Positions 54,276-64,000 of a stretch of 64,000 bases of DNA are shown here, piece by piece (position 1 is the stretch's first letter; every line of letters starts with the position of its first letter). The DNA comes from Eledone cirrhosa (Eukaryota), in assembly GCA_964016885.1 (NCBI GenBank), contig OZ024741.1, positions 122,264,001-122,328,000 on the forward strand, written 5' to 3'. The notes below the pieces were generated by a model, which was given only the letters and a program-made list of their open reading frames with translations, had not been told where the DNA came from and did no database searches. Both the position numbers and the translations under genes were made by a program.

Positions 54276-54510
54276 TATACATATATATATATATACATAT
54301 ACATACACAGACACGCACACACACACATCTATATCTCTCTCCATATATATATGTATGCATATATATATATATATTTATGCATAATTCTTGGGGTTTGTTT
54401 AATTACATCGAGCTATACATTTTACTGTCATTTCTATAATACGAAGAGGGTGTTTAACTCCAACACGCTCCAGTATTTTAATCCTTATATATATATATAT
54501 ATATATATAT

Positions 54511-54910
54511 ACGTGGAGAAGTAAAATACAGGAGAACAGACCGTTAAAACATGTTTATTTAAAATTGCACCTACGGACGTTTTGCCCGAATGGGCTTCTC
54601 AAGGGCATAATTACTAAAAAGCGTTCCTTACATGACCCGGAATGAGTTTTTACAGATAAGTTTACGTCAGAGTTCATTCTTCGTAAAAACACATGTTTTG
54701 ATTTTCCAGTAGGTCAAAATCAAAACATGTGTTTTTACGAAGAATGAACTCTGACGTAAACTTATCTCTAAAAACCCATTCCGGGTCAGGTAAGGAACGC
54801 TTTTTAGTAATTATGCCCTTGAGAAGCCCATTCGGGCAAAACGTCCGTAGGTGCTATTTTATATAAACATGTTTTAACGGTCTGTTCTCCTGTATTTTAC
54901 TTCTCCACGT
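54511..54910. repeat. Near-perfect 400-bp palindrome (195-bp arms, 10-nt loop), probably an inverted PLE pLTR remnant
   Basis: Arms at 54511-54705 and 54716-54910. Contains HHR-like TTGAGAA-GCCC attc GGGC-AAAA-CG-TC. Confidence 0.9.
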
Positions 54911-55068
54911 GCGTACGCTCTGCTAATTCTTTCGCCCACTAGATATTAACACTTCTAATATTTAACACTGCCAGCACTAGTATTGAGCACCCTCTGCATA
55001 CGCTATTTGGCAAATAGCTACATGTATCACCTATCCCCCCTTTTCTCTCTCTCGATACGTAAATATTC

Positions 55069-55138
<70 letters not shown>

Positions 55139-55224
55139 TACATATACATATATACATATACATATACAGACACACACACACACACACACATCTATATATA
55201 TATATCTCTCTCCATATATATGTA

Positions 55225-55306
<82 letters not shown>

Positions 55307-55613
55307 CATACTTGATGGCTGCCCCCTCGTTATTGAGTATGGCCATTGCACGATATACCATTATTAATAATTATTAATTAATTCTATCGTGCAATGCCTG
55401 TGCGTGAAAATATTTTTGAAACTGACGAAAGACAGGGCACTGAGCCAACCCCACTCTCTGAGCGAAAGTAGCTATAACCCGAAAAGAAGAAACGATCAAC
55501 ATCATCAGGGCATCTTTCTAGGAGAAGGCAACTCAGGGAACTGGGCTAACTCTGATATAAAACCTGCGGCTCAGTAGTTACCGATGATGTTATATACACA
55601 TTTATAAATATAT

Positions 55614-55704
<91 letters not shown>

Positions 55705-55708
<4 letters not shown>

Positions 55709-57241
55709 ATACAATAACAGAGATAGCTTAAAGCTAAATTCCGACTGGTAACCATCTCACTCAACAAACATTAGGTTATATGTTAGTATAACCCAATTTA
55801 AGTGTTTGGGGTGCTAACTATATGTATTTTGTGGAAAGCCAGTTGTATTATTTTATGAGACATAATTAAAGTTAAAATATATCTCTCTTTCCAAACAATT
55901 GTTTCATTATAAGTTTTCTACAAATTGGGAGAATGTTTCCAGTTCATGTAGAAGCCTAACATATATTCATGTAAGAATATATTTAGGTGGGCACTTATAA
56001 ATCTTCAGTGGAAGCCCATTAAACTTTGATATAAGAAAAAATTCTTACCGCAGTTAAAAATCGTATCTGCTAAGCTGTTCCCTCACGCATCGAATGACCG
56101 CCAAATTTGAAATTCCAGCAGTCCTTTGTCTGAGGAAGTATCATAGCGTCACTAAGCGGGAAAGAGAGACAATCACGATTCACGAGAAAAGAAAATAATA
56201 TACACGTGGGTTAATTAGTTTTTTCAAAAACATTATCAATCCAACATGTTAAGAACTCAATTGAAATTAAAAAAATAAATGAATGCGTGTATTAACTACA
56301 CACGCATATAGATTTTTCTTAGGCTAAAAACAGAAATGATACCTAAATAACAAACCGCATCTCATAACTGTAGTAAATACGGGAAGTTACGCTTTAAAAG
56401 GCGATTGGGAATGTAAATCTCTGGCCAAATTAAGAGTAAAATATTTAATACAGGCGGGTTAATTATTTATTTGAAAACCATTATCAATTCCACGTGTTAA
56501 GAACTCAATTAATTTAAAAAAATAAATGTATGCATGTAATTATTTACACACGCATATATATATTTTCTCAGGCTAAAAACAGAGAAGTGACAACCAAAAA
56601 ACCTCCATATCTCATAACAGTAACAAATGCGAAAAGTCATGTTTATAAGGTACCTGGAAATAAATACCTCTGGCCAAATCAAGAGTAAAATATTTAATAC
56701 AATAACAGACATAGCTTAAAGCTAAACTCCGACTGGTAACCATCTCACTCAACAAACATTAGGTTATATGTTAGTATAACCGAATTTAAGTGTTTGGGGT
56801 GCTAACTATATGTATTTTGTGGAAAGCCAGTTGTATTATTTTATGAGACATAATTAAAGTTAAAATATATCTCTCTTTCCAAACAATTGTTTCATTATAA
56901 GTTTTCTACAAATTGGGAGAATGTTTCCAGTTTATGTAGAAGCCTAACATATATTCATGTAAGAATATATTTAGGTGGGCGCTTATAAATCTTCAGTGGA
57001 AGCCCATTAAACTTTGATATAAGAAAAAATTCTTACCGCAGTTAAAAATCGTATCTCCTAAGCTGCTCCCTCACGCATTGAATGACCGCGAAATTTGAAA
57101 TTCCAGCAGTCCTTTGACTGAGGAAGTATCATAGCGTCACTAAGCGGGAAAGAGAGACAACCACGATTTACGAGAAAATAAAATAATATACACGTGGGTT
57201 AATTAGTTTTTTCAAAAACATTATCAATTCAACATGTTAAG

Positions 57242-57243
<2 letters not shown>
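55705..57243. repeat. Tandem duplication with a unit of about 988 bp (about 1.55 copies) and an internal sub-repeat of about 245 bp
   Basis: tttaatacaataacaga..gcttaaagctaaa occurs at 55705 and 56693. (TA)n on both sides. Confidence 0.85.
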
Positions 57244-57305
<62 letters not shown>

Positions 57306-57311
<6 letters not shown>

Positions 57312-58098
57312 TATGAAGAGAGAAGAAACATTTAGATATAATTAGTAATAAAATGTATCATACCTAAACTGCTCCTAAATTCCTCGACTACGTAGTTTCG
57401 TGGCATAAACAAAAACAATATATCATAAAGACATAGAGTCCCTGCGAGGTCTGCCGACTTATCAAGAGGATACCTCATTTTACTAGTCTCAAGAACGCGT
57501 CTACACGACGTGAGAAAGAATCCCAAAAGGCGGAGGGGGAAGATAGTCACGCGATATAACGGTCGAGAAACAGAGCTAAGCCTCTTATAACCACGAAGAA
57601 AATACCACAGAGGCGGAGGGGGTATTCATATCGAGGCCGCAGAAGAGGTGGTGAAGAAGGCTAGAAGTATGAGTAATGGAAGCTTTCCAGTTGTCCCCAC
57701 ACCTCAAAGATTGCTCGACCAGAGGGAGTTATTAACAATATATTTAGAAACACACAGATACATGCGGACACACACATATATACATGAATGCATCCGCACC
57801 CAACTGTGAGTTAAGGGTGCCAACTTCACCGATGTTGCTCAATGAATAACCGGGACAGACCAATTCAGTTGAACTAGACTGAACCAGTATCAGAGTTAAA
57901 AATACATTATGAAGAGAGAAGAAACATTTAGATATAATTAGTAATAAAATGTATCATACCTAAACTGCTCCTAAATTCCTCGACTACGTAGTTTCGTGGC
58001 ATAAACAAAAACAATATATCAAAATGAGGTATCCTCTTGATAAGTCGGCAGACCTCGCAGGGACTCTATGTCTTTATGATATATTGTTTTTGTTTATG
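57306..58098 (-). mobile_element. Non-coding HHR-bearing retrozyme-like or non-autonomous PLE (596-nt unit, partial tandem, 5' inversion)
   Basis: 120-bp direct repeat (57306-57425 = 57902-58021). 58021-58098 is the reverse complement of 57404-57481. Confidence 0.75.
57381..57470 (-). ncRNA. Type I hammerhead ribozyme, U3-A8 variant with a 59-nt stem II domain
   Basis: Minus strand: TCCTC-TTGATAA-GTcGGCA..TGCCAC-GAAA-CTACGTAG-TC-GAGGA. Confidence 0.75.
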
Positions 58099-58600
58099 GA
58101 GACAAGTTACTGGGAGAGGCTAAAGGAACTGAACCTCTACTCCTTGGAGCGGAGACGGGAGAGATACGCAGTGATCTACATGTGGAAAATCCTGGAGGGA
58201 CTAGCACCAAACTTTGGCATTGGGAGCTGGATCAACCGTCGAACAGGACGTCACTGTGTTGGGCCAAAGGTCCCGTCTTCCACATCTAGAATAAGGAGCA
58301 GGTATTGCAAAAGCCTGGGATTCAAGGGCCCTCAACTCTTCAACAGGCTGCCGATGGATCTGAGAGACTTGCATGACATGGAGGTGGATGTCTTCAAGAA
58401 GCATCTCGACACCTTGTTATCCAGGATCCCGGATGAGCCCACAGCAAGACACGAGGGAAACCTAAGGGCAGCAGCAACAAACTCCCTCTTACACCAGTGG
58501 CCAACATATACAAGCTGGAGATAAAATTTCTAGCAACAAGGGCGGTGCCACACCATGGCCTCAGCCGGATCGCTGAAACGGGTAAAAGAGTAAAAGAGTA
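58099..58600 (+). mobile_element. CR1-group LINE 3' fragment
   Basis: [61 protein letters not shown], short 3' UTR and (TAAAAGAG)n tail. Confidence 0.88.
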
Positions 58601-58638
58601 TATGTATACACAAATATATATATATATATTTATATATG

Positions 58639-58696
<58 letters not shown>

Positions 58697-58765
58697 AATA
58701 TATATGTATATATATATATATATATATATAAATATATATGTATATATATATATATATATATATAA

Positions 58766-58800
<35 letters not shown>

Positions 58801-59144
58801 GTATTAAGGATACTATTTATGGTTATGTATATACTAAAACCTTTTATAGTTATATATATTTTAAACCCTAAATAGTGAAAGACAGTAATTTATTACTACC
58901 TTATTACTATATATATATATATATATATAAATATTTCGTTTCTGAATTTGTTTAGCAAGATTCTTTATCTGAAATCGTGTGTTGAAACCGATATTGTTAT
59001 ACTTTGGGAGGGTCATGTTGCCAATAAGAAACACACGCACCAGTTGCTTTCACTTCAATTTATTATAATAAATTTATATATTTAGGAATTTATAAATTTC
59101 TGGTTGGTTGGTTGGTTCCACAACCAGATAGTTGTTTATATATT

Positions 59145-59187
59145 GTCAAAGTTCTTTCGTCACACATTCTGTGACCTCTTCAGTGAC
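59145..59187 (-). ncRNA. Minimal hammerhead ribozyme in the PLE-2 pLTR
   Basis: Minus strand: GTCA-CTGAAGA-g-GTCACA gaatg TGTGAC-GAAA-GAAC-TT-TGAC. Confidence 0.78.
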
Positions 59188-59392
59188 TGGGGATTCTTTT
59201 CTTTGTTTTTGTGCCTCTCCTTTGTTCTGTCCTACGCCATTTTGTTTCTGTGTGTGCTGTGTGCTCAGTCTGCGCATGCGCCACATCCGGGTGTCTGTGT
59301 GTGTTTATATTTGTTTATTTATTTGTTCATTTACATGTTACCGGTTGGTTGTTTGTTCTATGTGTGTGTGTGTTTTCATTTTGTCCTTAATT

Positions 59393-62365
59393 GTAAGTTG
59401 TGATGTTGCTGTTCCACTCATTTGTTCTATTTAATTTTGGTTGTAATTCTTTTATGTTTATTGCCTCTGTGATTTGTCTAAACATTGCGTCTTTTCTGTG
59501 TGTAGATTCTATTTTTATTTCTATGTTCTCTAATTTACCCTTATGTTCTATTTTAGCATGTTGGTAGAGTACAGATGATTCTTTACTATCTTGAAGGTCT
59601 CGTCAGTGTTCATTTATCCGTTCCCCTACACTACGAGCTGTCTCACCTATGTACACTATATTTTTGTCTCTACATTGTCCTTCAGTACATCTTATGCTAT
59701 ACCCTACATTTCTAGTTTTACAGTTAATATGGGGACTTATTTTACAGCTTATACATTTCTTATCTATACAGGGGGGTCTTTGGAAAGGGTATGTCTTGCT
59801 AATAAGTGTTTTTACGGAGGTACCTGGTCTTTCTACTATCTTAATATTGAGTTTATGTTTATCTAGGGCCCTTCTAAATTTGTAAGCTAATTCACCTCTA
59901 AGGGTTGTATCGATGAACATTACACTCTGGTATTTATTGCTATCATACAATGAGCTTATTCCTAGTTCTTTCTATTCTATTCCAAAATTTGCTCCTATAC
60001 AAGGGGCAGGTCCCATTTGTGTCATTATTTACCATTTTTTCCCATTTGGTTCTGGCTCCTCTATACACTCTGATTCTATCTCTCTGATTGTAACCAGAGA
60101 ACTGCATACGGTGGATGAAGTGTTGTATGTGTCTCTCTAGTTCTTCGGGGTTGCACATGCGGGACACGTTTCTCATCACCCGTACCAAATCCGCAATCAG
60201 TATGTTGATTTTGGTATGGTCCGAAACAGCCGAGTTTCGGTGGATCAGGTGTTTGGAAGTCATGGGTTTGGCATAATAGGAATGGAGGATTTGTTTTTTG
60301 TTATTAATGGTATCTAACCAGAGCTCTGTGTATAGTACAGGTAATCGATGGTTGGGGTGTTTACTTGGGTAGTCTATAGTAACTCTAATACTCTGGTGGA
60401 TGGAGTTAGCTATTTGCTGGATGCTTTCCATTGTGTTTTTCTCTAGTTCCTGACTGTTCTCTAGTGGGGGTGTCTTAACTACGATGTTTATATCGTTAAC
60501 GTAGCGCGAGTACATTATCAGGGTTAAGGGGTCTTCTAATTGTTCTTTAAGTTTAAGTTTAAGTCTACTGTCCCATCATACCATGAATAAGTTAGCTATG
60601 TCGCCTGCAATGCTAACACCAATGGCTGCTCCTTCCTCTTGGGCATATGTTTTCCCATTAAATTTGAACATATGTTCCTTAAGGGTTAGTTTTATGCTGG
60701 CCCCTACCGCATGTGCAATCATTTTCTTCAGTTCATCGTGGTTTTCGGGTGTCCGTATGGCTCTGGTCCACCCGTTCTATCTATCTGTGTGGGTTTTCTT
60801 GGCCATTGAGGTAATGGTAGGTGGTCTGCCTCTTGCTGGTCTTGTGGGGCACAAATTGCTCTCACTGATCATTTATACGCATTTCTCCACAGCAAAATCC
60901 ACGTCAATAGATGGATACAGGGACACAATATCCATACTACCTATTATGTAGTTTGTTAGGTCCCTAGATCGGTTACTCTCGCCGATTCTGCTGAGGAGGT
61001 CGTCCGTGCTGTCACATACATCTGGGGACATTTCAATGATGGGGCGTATGATCAGGGAGAGGAAGTAGGACAGTCTGTAGTTACTAGCAATGTTAGCCCC
61101 ACAGACTGGCCGTGTTGGTGGTCCTGTGACAGGGTAACTGCCCGTTTTATGGTCTTTTCGAAGCCCATACAACGCCGGTACGTCATTGTTCCAGGCCTGG
61201 AAGTTGTTGGCAGTCCTTTTGTTGGGCTGCATTATATTCGTCCACATCACCATATGAGCATTGAGGGCTTTTTCTCTATCCTCATGCTCCTGTGGTGTTA
61301 CCTCTCTCGTGTTAGTGATGTGGGGTTGCATTGCCTGGATGTAGTTTGGCAGGCTGTCAACCGACATTCTGCCAGACTTGTCTGTTGGAAAGCATGCTAT
61401 CTCTCCATTACGTGAGCGCTGCATGAGTTTACGCAAGCCATTTGCAGATCTTTCTCCCAGTTGCTGGGCCTCCATGCTATTATGCTTCTTGCTATACTGT
61501 TCTATAATATTTCTAAGTTCGGATTTAGCTATACTAAATTGTTCTTCTGTTTGTTCATCGACCTGCGACGGCAATTGCGTGCGTTTGTTAAATGGTAAAG
61601 TCGTGGCGTGGACTCGTCGCAGGTCGAACAACTTATCGGAGGGATTATAAAAAGTAGAGTTCCAGGCTGCTGCTTTATGTGTACTAGTGCTATTGTTCTT
61701 GTTAGTTGTGTTGTTTCTATTTCTATTTCTATTTCTATTTCCACCAACAGCCTCATGGTTGTTTCTATGTCTCTCATAATTACCCCTGTCTCTTTCCACT
61801 GGCTCATTGTTATTATCTACTCTATTTTGTGTGTCTGTGTGTTCGTCTTGGTTATTTTCTTTGTTCATAGTCTCCCTTCTCCTTTTAATCCTATTACTTT
61901 CCCTTATTTCTGTGATTTCTGTGCTACTGTCATTACTTGTTTTCGGTGTCTGTGTGTTTGTTAAGATTGTGGTGGTGGTGAGTGGCATTGGATGTGTGTG
62001 TGTTGTTGTTGTTGATGTGTGCTGTTGTTGATGTGTGTTGTTGTTGTTGTCTCCGTGTGTGTTATTATTGTTGTGTGTGTTGTTATTGTTGTTGTTCTGC
62101 GTGTCTGTTGTTGTTGTTTCTGGTTATGTTATTATTGTTGTTGTTGTTGTTGTTGGTGTGTGCGTTGTTGTTATTGTTGTTTGTGGCTGTGTGTCTGTTG
62201 TTGTTGGGATTTGTGTTGTATTTGTGTGTGCGTATATTGTTACTTTTGTTTTTGTTTTTGTTTTTGAGGCTCCAACGTAATTTTGTAAATGATTTTTCTA
62301 TTTCTGACAGACAACTAATCATATTTACCTTCTTGAATGTCGCAAATTTCGGTGGTAGAAGTAAT
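59393..62365 (-). pseudogene. PLE-2 RT plus GIY-YIG ORF, disrupted
   Basis: LLLPPKFA, PTDKSGR, LYGLRKDHK, PPTRPVCGA, GSMDIVSLYPSID, QEEGAAIG, RYVND, CIDKKCISC, NVGYSIRC..YIGETARS. Several stops and frameshifts. Confidence 0.88.
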
Positions 62366-63506
62366 ATGTACTCCCGCTACGTTGACGATATAAACATCGT
62401 AGTTAAGACACCCCCACTAGAGAACAGTCAGGAACTAGAGAAAAACACAATGGAAAGCATCCAGCAAATAGCTAACTCCATCCACCAGAGTATTAGTTAC
62501 TATAGACTACCCAAGTAAACACTCCAACCATCGATTACCTGTACTAGACACAGAGCTCTGGTTAGATACCATTAATAACAAAAAACAAATCCTCCATTCC
62601 CATTATGCCAAACCCATGACTTCCAAACACCTGATCCACCGAAACTCGGCTGTTTCGGACCATACCAAAATCAACATACTGATTGCGGATTTGGTACGGG
62701 TGATGAGAAACGTGTCCCGCATGTGCAACCCCGAAGAACTAGAGAGACACATACAACACTTCATCCACCGTATGCAGTTCTCTGGTTACAATCAGAGAGA
62801 TAGAATCAGAGTGTATAGAGGAGCCAGAACCAAATGGGAAAAAATGGTAAATAATGACACAAATGGGACCTGCCCCTTGTATAGGAGCAAATTTTGGAAT
62901 AGAATAGAAAGAACTAGGAATAAGACTAATATAATAAACTGATGGTATGATAGCAATAAATACCAGAGTGTAATGTTCATCGATACAACCCCTAGAGGTG
63001 AATTAGCTTAGAAATTTAGAAGGACCCTAGATAAACATAAACTTAATATTAAGATAGTAGAAAGACCAGGTACCTCTGTAAAAACACTTATTAGCAAGAC
63101 ATACCCTTTCCAAAGACCCCCCTGTATAGATAAGAAATGTATAAGCTGTAAAATAAGCCCCCATATTAACTGTAAAACTAGAAATGTAGGGTATAGCATA
63201 AGATGTACTGAAGGACAATGTAGAGACAAAAATATAGTGTACATAGGTGAGACAGCTCGTAGTGTAGGGGAACGGATAAATGAACACTGGCGAGACCTTC
63301 AAGATAGTAAAGAATCATCTGTACTCTACCAACATGCTAAAATAGAACATAAGGGTAAATTAGAGAACATAGAAATAAAAATAGAATCTACACACAGAAA
63401 AGACGCAATGTTTAGACAAATCACAGAGGCAATAAACATAAAAGAATTACAACCAAAATTAAATAGAACAAATGAGTGGAACAGCAACATCACAACTTAC
63501 AATTAA
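62366..63506 (+). pseudogene. Inverted duplicate of the PLE-2 RT C-terminal half plus GIY-YIG
   Basis: YSRYVDDINI..LIADLVRVMRN..YIGETARSVGERINEH..RQITEAINI..LNRTNEW. Confidence 0.88.
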
Positions 63507-63707
63507 GGACGAAATGAAAACACACACACACATAGAACAAACAACCAACCGGTAACATGTAAATGAACAAATAAATAAACAATTATAAACACACACAGAC
63601 ACCCGGATGTGGCGCATGCGCAGACTGAGCACACAATACACACACAGAAACAAAATGGCGTAGGACAGAACAAAGGAGAGGCACAAAAACAAAGAAAAGA
63701 ATCCCCA

Positions 63708-63750
63708 GTCACTGAAGAGGTCACAGAATGTGTGACGAAAGAACTTTGAC
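63708..63750 (+). ncRNA. Minimal hammerhead ribozyme, inverted PLE-2 copy
   Basis: GTCACTGAAGAGGTCACAGAATGTGTGACGAAAGAACTTTGAC. Confidence 0.78.
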
Positions 63751-63914
63751 AATATATAAACAACTATCTGGTTGTGGAACCAACCAACCAGAAATTTATA
63801 AATTCCTAAATTTATAAATTTATTATAATAAATTGAAGTGAAAGCAACTGGTGCGTGTGTTTCTTATTGGCAACATGAACCTCCCAAAGTATAACAATAT
63901 ATATAAATAAATAA

Positions 63915-63973
<59 letters not shown>

Positions 63974-64000
63974 TATAAGAATAGAGGTGTAACACACGAG

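Larger units (their letters stand above)
58930..63900 (-). mobile_element. Penelope-like retroelement PLE-2 (Nematis/Neptune-type linker), 5'-truncated with a 1.5-kb inverted duplication
   Basis: Decayed ORF on the minus strand from about 59395 to 62365. Arms 58991-60515 and 62366-63900 are inverted. (TA)n flanks. Confidence 0.9.

Noticed and set aside
55925-56015. CTGAAGA core on the minus strand of the 988-bp repeat
   Set aside because: Stems II and III and the GAAA box cannot be arranged consistently.
58024-58524. 166-aa ORF as a novel gene
   Set aside because: It is a chance in-frame fusion of the inverted ribozyme segment with a CR1 3' fragment.
60570-62945. In-frame TGA codons in PLE-2 (V*WD, N*WYD) as possible selenocysteine, as in Naiad PLEs
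   Set aside because: The positions do not look like Cys sites (the first fits TGG to TGA), the element has many other lesions, and its endonuclease is C-terminal.

Overview
AT-rich, microsatellite-dense animal genomic DNA. The SINE families and (TA)n density suggest a mollusc, probably an Octopus-like cephalopod (inference). One host gene is visible: the last seven coding exons (2684-15908, +) of an LDL-receptor/LRP-family single-pass receptor (YWTD propeller end, EGF, stalk, TM, short tail). The rest is mobile DNA. A near-complete Tx1-clade LINE with an intact ORF2 sits inside a (TATC)n tract (about 17927-23173). Two large Penelope-like elements (PLEs) carry inverted pseudo-LTRs (about 40173-44674 and 58930-63900). 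There are fragments of Hydra-type PLE, CR1, RTE and HERO elements, two tRNA-SINE superfamilies and MITEs. Reading by eye gives about 15 minimal type I hammerhead ribozyme (HHR) motifs from at least 8 unrelated families, several with the compensatory U3-A8 core and most next to (TA)n. Best novel candidates: (1) an in-frame U_UUU_UUA slippery site that would join an upstream ORF to the PLE RT by -1 frameshifting; (2) a non-coding 596-nt HHR-bounded retrozyme-like unit; (3) a (TATC)n-targeting Tx1 LINE; (4) fold-back mini-elements that invert at a shared point.
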